Positions 1 to 13,364 of a stretch of DNA of 64,000 bases are shown here, piece by piece (the first letter of the stretch is position 1; each line of letters opens with the position of its first letter). The stretch comes from the human T2T-CHM13v2.0 reference genome, Homo sapiens, in assembly GCF_009914755.1 (NCBI RefSeq), contig NC_060929.1, one strand, 5' to 3'. A program made the position numbers and the translations under genes. Under the pieces are notes generated by a model, which did not search any database, had not been told where the DNA came from, and worked only from the letters and a program-made list of their open reading frames with translations.

Positions 1-520
1 AGTATTTTTATGGTTTCTTTGGACTCCATTAATCCACTAATCTAGAACAATCCCACTCCTCTTTTTTTTCAGTCCTTCATGATACTAACAGTACATTGTG
101 CAGAATGTCTCTCAATTTGATTGTTTTTACAATGTTTTACACAAATAAAAAAATCTTTGCATTAATATTGCCAATTCATATTACATCATTTTTATTGCAC
201 AAGAGGCCATATGATATAAGCTTGTGTCAGCATTAGTAATACTGCATTTTAGCTTTTATTTCAGGTGCTGTTTAACATACTTATTCCCTGTGAAGGTACC
301 TCTTATTTATATATATAGGTATAAGCTGGGTGACATAAAGGGACTATATAACAAACAGGTTTCTAAATTTTTTCTCCAATAATTTTAACATTCATTGATA
401 ATTCCTGCTGGAATTGATTATTACCACAGTGGTTGTGAAAAGATTTTTTCTAGTATTTATTTACTTGTTAGTTTGTATTCTTGTGTAAAGAGGGCTTTAC
501 TGCCCCCTTTCATTTTTAAT
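1..520 (-). mobile_element. Old L1 3' end fragment (L1MC4/5-like)
   Basis: Resembles the antisense L1MC 3' UTR (gcagaatgtctctcaatttg...ttttaacattcattgat...gtgtaaagagggcttt); highly diverged. Confidence 0.55.
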
Positions 521-1344
521 TTTTGTGAAGAAATTTTCAGATATTTTCTATATATATATTAAATGCAAGGTTATGATTTGTTTAAATAGATAACTCTCCT
601 ATAAAGAAAACAGGAAAAGAAAGATTTGAATATTTTCCCACCCTATTACATTTTTTATTATTTTCCTACAGCCTCTTATTGTTAAGTTTCATGGTTATAT
701 GTTACATGTATTTACTCTCCAAGAAGATACAAGCTCTTTTAGAGATCATCTTACATGTCTACATTGCTTGCTAAGAATTGTCATAAGGCATAAACAGTGC
801 TCCAAAAATATCTATTGAATGAATTAATTTTCAAACATATTTGATGATTAAATGAATTTATAATGTCTTAAAAATTCCTACAACAGTAGTTTTTTTAATC
901 TTTTACTTTTGCATTTATAATAATAATAAATTTACTTAAATTCTAAATAAATGCAAAAGGAAAAAATAAAAAGCGGTGAAGAAATTAGTCTTACAGAAAT
1001 TAATGTTTTGCCAACTAAGAAAGTTACATGTATTTAAAGAAGATTCTTTACAAAAATATCAAATGCTCGATTCATAGATATAAGACAATGGAAGAAGGAA
1101 AAAAAGAAATATTCAAGAGAAACTTAAATTCTAGTATTAGAAAATACAACGTATACAGCAAATTGTGCTTCTACATTGAAAAATATAAACTGCTTCTCAG
1201 GCTAAATTATGTAATGTTAATAATAACAAGGAAAAATGTATTTGAATCTGCATTTGTCCTATAAAATCCAATAAAAGAAAAAATATACAAGTATCATATA
1301 AGAAGCCCAAAGTAGATGAAACTAGACTAATAGTAACTCTAAAT

Positions 1345-1800
1345 ATGCAACAATATGGACAAAACCAGAGGACATTATGTTGAGTGAAATAAGCCAGGCA
1401 TAGAAAGACAAATGTCACATATTCTTACTTATAGTGGGAGCTAAAATAGTGATTTCATGGAGGTAGTGAACAGAATGGTGTTACTAGAGGGTAGGAGGGC
1501 AGAGCGGGATAAAGAGGGGTTGGTTAATGGGTACACAAGTACAGTTAGAGAGAAGGAAGAAGACCTAGTGTTTGGTAACACAATAGGGCGACTATAGTTA
1601 ACAATAATTTATTGCATCTTTCAAAATAACTAAATGAGTAGATTCTAAGTGTTCCTAGAACAAAGATATAATAAATGTTTGAAGTGATGGATATTCCAAT
1701 TACCCAAATTTGATCATTACACATTGTATGCTCATACTGAAATATAATATGTACAACATAAATATGTACAACTATTATGTATCTATAAAAATTGTAAAAT
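1345..1800 (+). mobile_element. L1MA (L1MA3-5-like) 3' end, 5'-truncated
   Basis: gaggacattatgttgagtgaaataagccaggcatagaaagacaaat...gactatagttaacaataatttattg...tgatcattacacattgtatg, then an A-rich end. Confidence 0.85.
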
Positions 1801-1984
1801 ATTCTAGTAGCATCCTGAATTCTATATCCTTACCCTCTTGGCATGGAATGAACCAACAATTAAGGACCACTGTGTCTAGATGCAGATAATACATTACCTC
1901 AGGGTATTATTAGAAATTACACATAAAATAATAACATTAAACAAAAAAGTTATAAAGAAAATCCGAGCATATTATATATGTTAA

Positions 1985-2130
1985 TCAATCCTCACAATAC
2001 AGCCAGAGATACATATAGTTACTACTTATATTTCACAGTTGAAAAAAAGTAAGATTTTTTGTAAAATGACTTGCCTTAAATCACACATAAAGTTGGAGGA
2101 AGTCAGTGTTGAAAGTTAACCACTGCCTTC
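1985..2130 (-). mobile_element. MIR fragment
   Basis: aatcctcacaa...tatttcacagttgaaaaaa...aatgacttgccttaaatcacaca (MIR core, antisense). Confidence 0.6.
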
Positions 2131-3174
2131 ATTATCAATAATAATATCAATTGTTTACATCTTAATGATGAAAATGCAAAACACTATACCAATGTACAGA
2201 TGTGGGGTGTCTGCATGTGTGTGTGTGTATGTGCAAGAGTCTTTCAGTAGGGACAATTTGATAGTAACTAGCATGTATTGGATGATTCAAATAAACTAAG
2301 AAAGGCTAGCTGAGGATCTTAGAGTGAGAAACAGGATATAAGTAAAGACATGGGGAGAAGAATTAACTAAAATTGAGAAAAGGAGGGGAAAGCTGATTCT
2401 TGAGTAAGAAGTATGGATGGGATGTTGGGTAATGACAGCAACTAAGTAGGAGTTGACTCAAAATTTGGGTAAGAGAGGCAGCCAAATGCTAGCAAGGCTA
2501 GGGGATCACATTTTTACACTTAATGGGGGTCATTCTTCTCCTAGATGAAGATCACAGGTTCAGATATAAAAATAAGAGACTGCCCTCCATATCACACTGT
2601 GGCACAACGCTACTGAGTTGCCTCGACAACTTCAAACCAGCATTGCAAGTTTTGGATGAAAGTTGTTTTCTTATGTTTCTAATAATGTTATTTATCAAAA
2701 TAAGATAGAAATGTAAGGAACTTCAAAGTTTTTTTCTATCTATCGTGCACGTGTAGTATTCATTAACAAGATGCTGTCTGGTTAAGTATGTGCTAAGGAC
2801 ATTAAAGATCTTAACACCTGCAAAAATGTTTAATAAATTACTATAAACCTTGATGGAATCACCTGGCACTTTTCCTAATTCAGAGGTAATCTCAAAAATA
2901 ATTTGATCATATCATCACTTAAGCTGTTATGTGTAAGACGTTATTAGTTGGTAATAAAAACAATTGAATGATAATTATTGTGAGGACAGACAATATACCA
3001 ATCTTTAGCAGCAAACAAATGATATGCCTCTCTCATTGAAACACCTGAACCTAGTTTTCTGAATCTCCAGAGACCAAACAAAAATAGTGATGTTTTTAAT
3101 TGTCCTGACTTTAATACACATTAAAGAAGAATGTGCTCCAGAAGCATATACAGAATTTGTGAATTTCAAAGTCA

Positions 3175-3750
3175 TGACCCAGCCATCCCATTACTGGGTA
3201 TATACCCAAATGACTATAAATCATGCTGCTATAAAGACACATGCACACATATGTTTATTGCGGCACTATTCACAATAGCAAAGACTTGGAACCAACCCAA
3301 ATGTCCAACAATGATAGACTGGATTAAGAAAATGTGGTACATATACACCATGGAATACTATGCAGCCATAAAAAATGATGAGTTCATGTCCTTTGTAGGG
3401 ACATGGATGAAATTGGAAATCATCATTCGCAGTCAATTATCGCAAGAACAAAAAAACCAAACACCGCATATTCTCACTCATAGGTGGGAATTGAACAATG
3501 AGATCACATGGACACAGGAAGGGGAATATCACACTGTGGGGACTGTGGTGGGGTGGGGGGAGTGGGGAGGGATAGCATTGGGAGATATACCTAATGCTAG
3601 ATGACGAGTTAGTGGGTGCAGCGCACCAGCATGGCACATGTATACATATGTAACTAACCTGCACAATGTGCACATGTACCCTAAAACTTAGAGTATAATA
3701 AAAAAATAAATAAAATAAAATAAAATAAAATAAAGAAAAAAAAAAGAAAA
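3175..3750 (+). mobile_element. Young 5'-truncated L1 (L1PA2/L1HS-like): ORF2 C-terminus, 3' UTR and poly(A)
   Basis: Near-consensus L1HS/PA2 sequence; translation DPAIPLLGIYP...CPTMIDWIKKMW matches the ORF2 C-terminus; G-rich 3' UTR tract at ~3538-3572; (TAAAA)n/poly(A) tail at 3697-3750. Confidence 0.97.
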
Positions 3751-6529
3751 TTCATTTTATATTGAGAGACCATGGCTTTTCTAGAAAAGAAAAACAAAGT
3801 AAAGTGTAATCCTTATAAACCCTGGAAATTTTGACTTTACTCCTTTTTATTATTAGTACATTATCTAAATCTCATACAATTTTACATTATTTTAGATTAT
3901 CTAAAATCAGTGTATTTGTAGTTTTCTGTCACTCCCCAAACAAATTACCTTATACTAACACACACACGCACACGATGAAAAGCAATATGGATAACATAAT
4001 CCATTACAGTAATGCTATTAAATATTTTTAATATGCCAGAAGTTTAAAAAAATATGCAATAAATTAGTGTGTTGGAGCAGAAGGAAAAGGAAACTTTTCA
4101 CTTTTACCTTCTTAATTTTACAATTCCAAATGAAGACTTAATAAAATAAAATGAATGTAAAATGTCATTACTCAGCACATTTCTAAAACATGTCTCAACT
4201 CTCATCTGAGTGCAATTAAAAATGCCATTTTAACTTAAAATTATAAAATATTCATTTGTAAATGTCTATTTTAAACTAATCCCTCTGATAATTAGAGGCC
4301 TTTACTTTTCTGTTCTATAAATCTTTCAGATTCCAGATTATCCAAAGTTATTTTAAGTCAGCATAATATAAATCCTCTCAATTAAAAAAAATAAAGACTA
4401 TAATATGCTATTCTTTAGGATTTTATTCTTGAACTTTCTGAGTAGGCCAAATATCTCAGATCTGTCAGAACTAGAGATTCAGAGAGCTATAATTAGTCTC
4501 TTCATTTTCTCCTTTCCTTTTAAATTCCACTCAGATAGTGCCCTTTTCACCACCACCACAGCCATCCTCATCCATGAGCAACTTATGATATATGATTTAT
4601 ATAATAAATCATACAAAAAAAGAGTCAATTTTTCTGCAGGCTGAACTACTGGACCAAAATCAAGTCTACACTAGTATGGTGAAGTAGAGCACAATTTTAA
4701 TTACTCAAATCATGTGGTGTATTCTTTTAGTGAACATACATTTTACTAAAATATTTAGATGACTGAATCAGAAGTGGTATTGTTGTATAAAATGCCTGAA
4801 AATAGCATACATTACTTGCTTGTCTTACTAATGGAAAGGTGTCCTGTCTTACCCCAATCCTTAGTTCTTCATCTATAAGAATTAACCTCATTTCATACTG
4901 CTTATTTTACCTTAAGAAGACCTCATGATACCATCAGTATTTTATTTCTGTTACAAATATAATTATTATTTATTTGGTTTATGTTTTCCAACCAGAAGGT
5001 ACTAAAAAACAGACAACAACGATAGCAAAAAGAGAAAAGTAGATGAATCTGTAATAGTTATAGTGAAAATATCCTGAGGGAAGAATCACATGATAGTTCT
5101 TTTGTGGCATTGTTAGAATTATTTTTCAAAGAACTAAGACATAGAGATTTCTGTCACGAGTGCATTCTAAATATATTTTATGAAAAAATATTTAAGCAAA
5201 AGACTAAGGGATTTTATTGCATTGAATAAAAAGCTTGGTTTAAAAAGCTAATACCACACTATAGATGCGTTATTAAAATTTCCTCAAACACATTTTTTTT
5301 TACGCTTTGCTTCCTTTATCTTTGCAACGTACGTGTTATAACCTACTAGGTATAAAATGTAGTCCATCTGTTAGAGTCCTTTGGGAAGTTTCTGTAGTCT
5401 AATGTTTGGAACATGCTAACTCATCACCATACAAGAAAATATGACACATTTAGTGCATTATTTCTCTGGGGACTGTATTGTCTCTTGACAAGGGGTTACA
5501 GAGAGAGACCTGAAAGGTCATTCCCATCTCCGCCTTTATGGTAACACAATGGGCAGCGGTCATGTTTCCTTTCTCAGGATAACTGGCCAGCTTACCACCA
5601 GGTACACATGCAGCCATTTTGGTATAAATAAAGGCAATAGTTGGCAACTAGATATACATGTAGTAAAATAGGAAGGTTATGAGATTCTGATAATAGGTAC
5701 CATGCATTTTAAGAATTTTCAAGCATGACAGAGGTTCTTTGACTTGAACAATCATGTTAAATCGTGTGCAATTTAGAAAGACTGAAGATTAGGAAATAAA
5801 AATAACCAGAAAAGGAGTATGAATTGCTCTCAAAATTCCTGCCATTTCAAAACAAACCACAAAAGAATCCTTACGAATTTACTAACTTGAGAGTGCCAAT
5901 GAGAGTAAATGGAGATTCTGACAGGGAAGAAGAAGCACACTTAGACTCATGGAGCGATTACAGGCATTACTCACTTGAAACAGAAAATTGAGCCCAGCTG
6001 CTTTGCACTGACCACTGGGGATGAGCTGGGTTTCTGTTGTCTGCAGCAATTCTTGGCAAAACTCATTGACATCTAATACATGTTTCTATGCCTAATAATT
6101 AAAAACCAACACGTTCCAAACAGTTGCACAGAGTGCGAGGTCAAAAGACCATGTTAGGACAGCTGAACTAGCTCAGCTGCATTTCCTGAGGAAAATTACT
6201 TTCATAATTAAGCTTTAAAAAGTGTAATTTGAAGAAGAATTTCCCCTCTCCCTAAGGCCTGCTCTGCTCCCGTCAAAATTCTTATAATGGGATTTTCTTG
6301 GAACAGAGACAGAATATCAACAATATCAGCAATATGACCTGGAAGCCATATTGGAAAGGAAGATACATCGGAATAGCTGTTGTTATTTTCCTTTTTATCT
6401 GTGGTCTTTCCTCTCCATTTCTATTATTTATTGCCAATCTTTCTCTTATAAGTAAAATTCATTAGAAGTGCTCACTCATTACTACTCTTATTTCCAGCAA
6501 ATGCACACATCCCTTTTATTATCTGATGT

Positions 6530-8080
6530 GTTAATTCAATGAACAACTAAACATATTCTGCATCTATCAAGTGTTATACACTAGGGATACAAGGTTGAGA
6601 AGGGCATGGTCCTTACAGACAGGACGGAAAGCTCACAAAAGAGAAGGCACAGAGAAGTCAGCATAAGATTACAATTTCATACATTTGGTAGAATCACATA
6701 TGTAATGAGGAACTCAAGGATCAGAGCATACATGTTTTGAGGGTCAGAAAAATGTTGCCTGGGAGAAGTACATTCAACACTGAGATAAGAAAAAAATGAA
6801 TTGGAATTATCTGAGTGAAGCGAAGGAGGATCTTTTCTCAAGCATTTGGAAGAGTAGGTGCAAAATTCCAAAGGTGAGTAAGAATTGTTATATTCCAAGA
6901 CTCATCATACTATGGTTTTGTTGCCCAGAAATCTTTATCCACACTATCTTCACTCCTGTTAAAAATACACCATTTCTCCTGGGTTGGACCCTTGGCATTC
7001 TCTGTGTCCTTTTCTTTCTAGCCTTCTCAAGGACTTCTCTTTTGCAGTTAGCCCTTATCCTTCTGTTTTATCTATTTGTCCCTCTCTTTACAATCACTTA
7101 ATCCATTACATGTACTTTATAGTTCCTATCAGTAAAGAAAAACAAGAAACAAACTTCTCTTGACACCTGTGCTAAGAAGTGTGGTGTCTTATCTTGAGGC
7201 TGGTGCACAACCAGTGAAGGGTATCAAGCAACTAAATACCATGAGGTTTAACCTCCTGAAAATAGCATCCTGGCTTTTGTGTGCAAAATTGATTGCAGGA
7301 GGTGAGACAGTAAGTAAGCATACTTATCAGGAGGCTTGCTAGAAGTCTTATCTAGACAGTGGCAGTGGAAACAGAGATTAGACAGCTGGAGAGAGAGAGT
7401 AAGCAGTGACAACGGACAGAACTTCATCAAATCAATGCCATGAGAGCAGCTCCAAGCAGGGACTCAGTAAACATGGAGGTGGAGGGTAAAACTTCCCATG
7501 ATCCCAAGCAACCTGCTTCCGAGCCACCCCAGCTAAACATATTCAAGTGAAAGTGTTGCACCTGCTTCACAAATACATGCTTTAAAAAGTTTATTAACCA
7601 TTCTCTTCCATCCATCCAGACTTTCTAAGCCCTGGCTAAGGAAAACACGAATTCTGAAATTTCTTCTAATTGGCTCTTAAGGGTTGGGGGTGCAGGGAGT
7701 CAAGTGTGAAGTGCAGCCTTCAGTTTGGGAAACTTTGTGGATCATAATCTACACTCACCATCTAGAAGATGCTCAACAAATATGTACTGAAATTTTCTAT
7801 TCAGCAAAACAGGAAGCACTAGAGAAGGTGGGACTGGATTAGATGATTGTCCAGCCTGTTAAACGTGTGAAATGGAGATGTCTGGTGACATTTTACATAT
7901 AGTCATTAGACATGGGTATCTGGTGCTCAGGGAATAAATGGGTGAGAAAATTCAAGTCTTTGTAGCTGTAAAGTTTAATCTTAAAATATTGAGAAAACAC
8001 ACACACACACACACACACATATACAATCACCACACCATCTTGAAAGTGTTGGAAAAGACTGAGGACAAAGCTCTATGAAT
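6530..8080 (-). mobile_element. Fragmented L2 (about 6530-6890, 7210-7430, 7800-8080)
   Basis: Antisense L2 motifs (ctagggatacaagg...catggtcctt; gaagagtaggtgcaaa; caggaggcttgct; atggagatgtct) in collinear order. Confidence 0.6.
7997..8019. repeat. (CA)n microsatellite
   Basis: Direct reading. Confidence 0.95.
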
Positions 8081-8434
8081 AATATCTACTAGGAGTGCTA
8101 CTATTTATACCAACTTATCTATGTTTTAATTTAATTGTCCTCAGTTCTTACTTTAGTTGGCTGCTAACTACTTTATCACCCTGTCCTCCCTGGATAATTT
8201 CCTCAAGGATAAAGTAAAGGGATTTCAATAGAGAATTATAAGTTCTATACCACTTCCTAGCTCTAAAATTCAGAGTGTCTGATTCTCAGACCAATTTTTA
8301 AACTCCAGAGAAAATTCTACATTTAATTTCAAAGTATGTCAGCATTTCAACATGAATCACCTGACAACCCCATGAATTAAAAGTTCTACCAAAAATGGGA
8401 CCATTCTTCTCAGGCAGATTTGGGGAACTCTCAC

Positions 8435-8835
8435 AGCTGTGTTTACCCAGAAGCAGAACCTGAGATAAGGTTTTGAGCACATGGTGTTTATCTGGAGAGT
8501 AAAGTAGATACCAGTATAGGAGAAGGGAAATCAGACAAGTAAGGTGAAAGAGCTCACTGTGAATTACTAGAGATTAACCCCACTGGGGAGACACAGAGGG
8601 CCAGAGATATCCCATCTGGACGATGAAAGAGCTGGGGTCGTTATAGACCATCTCCTGTTAGCCATTTTTTGAGGATTCTACCTAAGACACATCCAGCCAG
8701 CTGCACACAAGCCAAAGTGTTTTCTACAGCCACAGAAAGTCTTCAGACAAAAAGAAGCAGGTGCAAAAGCTGGAAATCAGGTAGCAGGCACAGTCATAAG
8801 GGTGAGGGGATACAGATAAAGTCATTATCTGCTCT
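8435..8835 (-). mobile_element. Old ERVL-type solo LTR (LTR33/LTR16 class)
   Basis: cccagaagcagaacctgagataagg...ttatctggaga...gagctggggtcgttata resembles an LTR33-type consensus. Confidence 0.6.
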
Positions 8836-9874
8836 ATGAGTTCAGTGGGAACAGACTGAATGTCTTCAAGCCCAGAACCTGAAGAACCTCATGCCCAAAT
8901 AAAATGCTGGACAGTTCCTGTAAACTGAAGACACCAGTGCTGGCTAGTATGATCTCCAGACTTTCATGAATCATTACATAATCTTGTGACTTGTGCATAT
9001 CTTAGCATTTACCTTTACCTTTTCATAAATGGAAATGTATAGATACAAACAATAATTAAGACAGAATTGTTATGAGCAATATCTGAAACAGTGCTATGCA
9101 TTCTATTTCCTGTAAATTCATTGATGAAATCACATTGTGACATAAAATATCTTTATTTCAAATTTGCTTAACTTGTAAGGCTAGTTTGGAATAGAAACCT
9201 AGAATAGTAACTACATGTTACTTTTATTTTCCAAAATTGTGAATTTAATCATTAAGAGTAACAAGTACAAACTCTTTAGTAACTTTGCTGTTATTACTAA
9301 AACTTCTTTGTGTAGCTGGGATGGAGTAAATATTCTATTCACTTCCCCAAATCTCTTTAAGTCCTCTCAGGACAATTACACTTCACCATTTTTCAGAAAT
9401 GGAAAATAAATGATAGACTGTGTTTTACTCTGAACTTCACTATTTTAATAAAATATAGTTACATGACAAGGGAATATATTTAACAATGCTTTTAAATGGA
9501 TGAGTTTAAAATGAGAATAAATTCTCATTTTTATCTATGTCCTGAATGCTTAGGCTAGTGCCTTTTGAATAAGAGCTCAAAAATGGTTTATTAAAATAAT
9601 GTTATTAATACTCTCAACCTCTTTCTCAATTTGGACTCTCATAGGTTTGTGTCTGTAAAACGGATGACTGACAGTGATACTTGAGCTCCAGGCAGTCCAG
9701 CAGTCTCTACAAGTATAATTAAAGAAGAGAAGATTTGCTATGTAATTCTAATATAAAACAGGGATTAGCAAGCTAGCAAGTGGCATGACCACAGCTTGTC
9801 CTAGGCAAGATTGTTTAAAAAGCCCTTGGTTTTTGCGACTGTAGACTGTAGTGAGCTAGACGGTGTCCCCTCAT

Positions 9875-10078
9875 GTATACATACTACACACCCACACACA
9901 AACACCACACTTACATATTTTATATACATAATATACGTGTGTGTATATATGTATGTGTGTATATATGTGTATGTGTGTATGTGTATGTATATGTGTGTAT
10001 ATATGTATGTGTTTATGTATATGTATATGTGTGTGTATATATATTTTTATATATATTTATATATATATTTATATATAT
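9875..10078. repeat. Mixed (TA)n/(TG)n/(CA)n low-complexity tract
   Basis: Direct reading; explains ORFs 9811 and 9873. Confidence 0.95.
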
Positions 10079-10123
10079 TCCACTCAGAATTTGTGAATGT
10101 GACATTATTGGGGAACAGAGGGT

Positions 10124-12904
10124 TGCTATGATCTGAATGTTGGTATCGCCTCTACACTTTTATGTTTGAGTCTATTCCTTAGTGTGGTAATAGTAAGCAG
10201 TGGGACCTTCAGAAATTGATTAAGTCTGTACGTGCTGATATCCTTATAAAAAAAAAAAAAGCTCAAGGGAGCTCCCCTATCCCTTACACCAAGGAAGAAC
10301 ACGGCAAGAAGATGCCATCTATGAGAAACAGGCCCTTACCAGACAATGAATCTGCTAGACACTTGATCTCGGACTTCCCAGCCTCCAGATAGAATAAATT
10401 TCTGTTGTTTATAGATGACCCAGTCTAAGGTATTTTGATATAGCAGTCTGAACAGAATAAGACAGAAATTGGTACTGAGAAATGGGGTGCTGCTGTGACA
10501 GATACCTAAAAATGTGGAAGTGACTTTGGAACTGGGTAATGAGCACAGAGGCTGAAAGGGTATTGAAGTTTATTGTCATAAGTGGACTATAAAGGGTGAT
10601 TCTAATGAGGGCTCGGAAGAAAAGGAAAGCTTTAGAGAAAGCCTCAAATTTCTTAGAGATTACCTAAGTGGTCAAAAGCAGAATGCTTACAGAAATACAG
10701 ACAATAAAGGCCATTGTGATGAGGTCACAAAAATGTAGAACGTGTTATTGGAAACTGGAGTAAAGGCAAAAGTTCTTATGAAGTAGTAAAGAAACTGCCT
10801 GTGTTTAGTGTTCAGTGGTTTTTGAAAAGAGACACTTATGAATGATGAAATAGGATATCTGGTGGAAGAAATCTCTAAGCAAAGTGTTAAGTGTGGACTA
10901 CAGCTTCTCTTGACTTATACAGTAAAATGTGAGAAGAGGGAAACAAGTTGAAGATAAAAATTTATAGTCAAAATACAAGCAGGACTTAAAAGATTTAGAA
11001 AATTCTCAGCTTGGCCATGTTGTAAAGAATGAAAAGGTATGTTTGGGAGAGAATACCAAGGATGTGGCCCAGCAACCATTTGATCAGATTAACATGGAAC
11101 TGCAGAAGCCAGGTGCTTTTCATCAAGGCAATGGAGGAATGACCCCCACTAAAAGCATTTCAGACATCATGACGGCTGCTGCTCCCATCACAGGCCCAGC
11201 GTGCCAAGGCCTAGGGGACAGAACAAGGTCAAAAGAGGGGCCCAGGATGCCCACTGGAGCTCAGCACTTCCTGCCCTATGCTACCTCATCTCTGCTCCCT
11301 GCTTTCTGACACAGCACTGCTCAGTCATTCCAGGCATGGCTCCAGAGGGTCCAAGTGTGGTGTGGGCTCCAGTGGCCACCTTTCTGGAGGGCACAGATGA
11401 TAAACGTTGGTAATGTTCTCTAGGTATCATCTCCACCAGGACACACAGTGCAATACCATAGAGGGAAAGCTGACTCCACACAGATTTCAAAGGATGCCCT
11501 GGAAAGTCTTGAGGCTCAGGCAAAGAATTGACATAGGGGTGGGGCCACCACAAAAAGCCTCCACTAAGGCTGTGCTTGGCAGAGTCATAGGAGCAGGCCT
11601 ACCCTCTGACCATAGACCAGTAGAGCCACTAGAGGGCATTTCCAGCCTGGCATGTGGCTCTAATATGTAAGTGCTGTCATGTGGGCTGGGACTGGGACAC
11701 CCAGAGCCTTGGGGGCCCAACGCCTGCCCAAGTGTGCCTGGAAGATTGGAAGATGGGGCATCAAAAGGAGATTATTCTGGAGCCTTAAGATTTATCGTTT
11801 ACTTTGTTGTTGTTGTTGTAGTATTCCTTCCTACTTCTCCCTTTTGGAATGGGAATGTCGATTCTATGTCTGTCCCACCATTGCATTTTGGAAGCTCTTT
11901 ACCTATTTGATTCACAGAATCACAGATGGAGAGCAATTTCTCTCAGAATAAACATACCTTGAGTCTCACCTACATCTGGTTTAGATGACATTTAGTTGAG
12001 ACTTCAGAATTTAGACTTTTGAATCTGTGCTGGAACAAGTTAAGACTTTTGGGGCCACTGAGACGGAATGAATACATTTTTCATGTGAGAAGGACTTGAA
12101 TTTTGGGGAACCAGAGGTGGAATGCTATGGTCTGAATACATTTTCCTAAAATATGTATGTTTGAACCTAATCTGCAGTGTGACAGTATGAAGACATAAGG
12201 CCTTTCAGAAGTGATTTGAGTCATGAGGATGGAGCTCTTACAGAATTAGTGCACTCAGAAAAGATTCTTGAAGTAGCCCTCAGCTTCTTCCACCATGTGA
12301 GAGCACTGAGAAGGTGCCACCTATGAGGAACAGGTTCACAGACATAAGATCTCCCCATGCTTTCATCATGGACTTTGCAGTCTCCAGAACCAGGAGAAAT
12401 AAATTTCTATTGTTTATGTTAAAACAAACTAAATATGGCCTGAGAAGCACTCTGTATTTCTATATTTGAGTTATTGTGGATGAACTGTAACCTAGCTTAA
12501 TATTCAGACAAAATTGAAAACCTAACTTAATAGTATGCACCTGTAACAATGGCTGAGTGTTGGCCAATCCCAGCGGCCATACTTCAACCACTAATACGCT
12601 GCTGAATGTTCAGACTGTGTTCAAATAAGGCAAACTCTGAGCTGAAACCAATCTCACTATTTCATACGTCACATCCGATTCCTGTACTTCACTTTACCTT
12701 TTTGATCTATGAATTTGTTCTGACCACGAGGCACCCCTGGAGCCTCTGTGAATCTGCTGTGGTTCTGGTGGCTGCACGATTCGTGAATCATTCATTGCTT
12801 AGTTAAACTCTTTTACATTTAAATCGGCTGAAGTTTTCCTTTAATCATTTATAAATTACCCGGTCTAAGGTATTTTGTTATAACAATCAGAACAAACTAA
12901 GACA
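10124..12904 (+). mobile_element. Full MaLR provirus (MLT1A/MSTD class): 5' LTR 10124-10464, internal 10465-12122, 3' LTR 12123-12904
   Basis: Two homologous LTRs (tgctatg...taagaca); internal region starts gaaattggtactgagaa; perfect 5-bp TSD AGGGT at 10119-10123 and 12905-12909. Confidence 0.93.
12417..12847 (+). mobile_element. MER57 solo LTR (ERV1) inserted in the MaLR 3' LTR
   Basis: tgttaaaacaaactaaatatggcctgagaag...ggccaatcccagcggccatac...tttaatca; TG...CA ends; 4-bp TSD TTTA at 12413-12416 and 12848-12851. Confidence 0.88.
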
Positions 12905-13364
12905 AGGGTCCCTGAAGATGTAATTAAGTTAGGGATCTTCCAGTGAGATAATTTTGGATTATCTGAGTAAGTCTTAATTCCAATAAAATGTCCCAGACAC
13001 AGAAGAGAAGATACCTAGAAGTCACAGTAATAATTCTCCCCTAGAGCCCGTGGAGGAAATGTGGCCCTATCAATACCTTCCTTTCAGAATTGTGGCCTCC
13101 AGAACTGTGAAATAATACATTTCTCCTCTGACCCAGTTTGTGATCATTTGTTATGGCAGTCACAGGAAACTAATACAGGTATTATCTTTTCTATAAAAGC
13201 TATTTTCAGTCTTACAAGCAACCTTTTGACAGGGTTTTCTGTTTTGATATCACTCGAAACTCTATCAAAGTTTGTGACTCCGATGCTAGCTTTGACCTTT
13301 TCAGTTTGAGCAAATATGGTGACATGACCAGGCTTCCCAATGTCTGTTTTCCTTGGATTGTCAG

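Larger units (their letters stand above)
9847..13177 (+). mobile_element. MLT1B/C LTR, split by a microsatellite and a nested MaLR provirus
   Basis: Starts tgtagtgagctagacggtgtcccc, continues gtgaatgtgacattattgggg|gaagatgtaattaagttagg, ends ggaaactaataca. Confidence 0.8.

Noticed and set aside
3131-3604. 157-aa ORF, the longest in the window
   Set aside because: It is the L1 ORF2 C-terminus fused to a chance upstream ATG and extended into the 3' UTR by a 1-nt A insertion near 3455; not a gene
11043-11951. Cluster of overlapping 70-90 aa ORFs
   Set aside because: All lie in the GC-richer MaLR internal sequence; degenerate, with no intact gag-like frame
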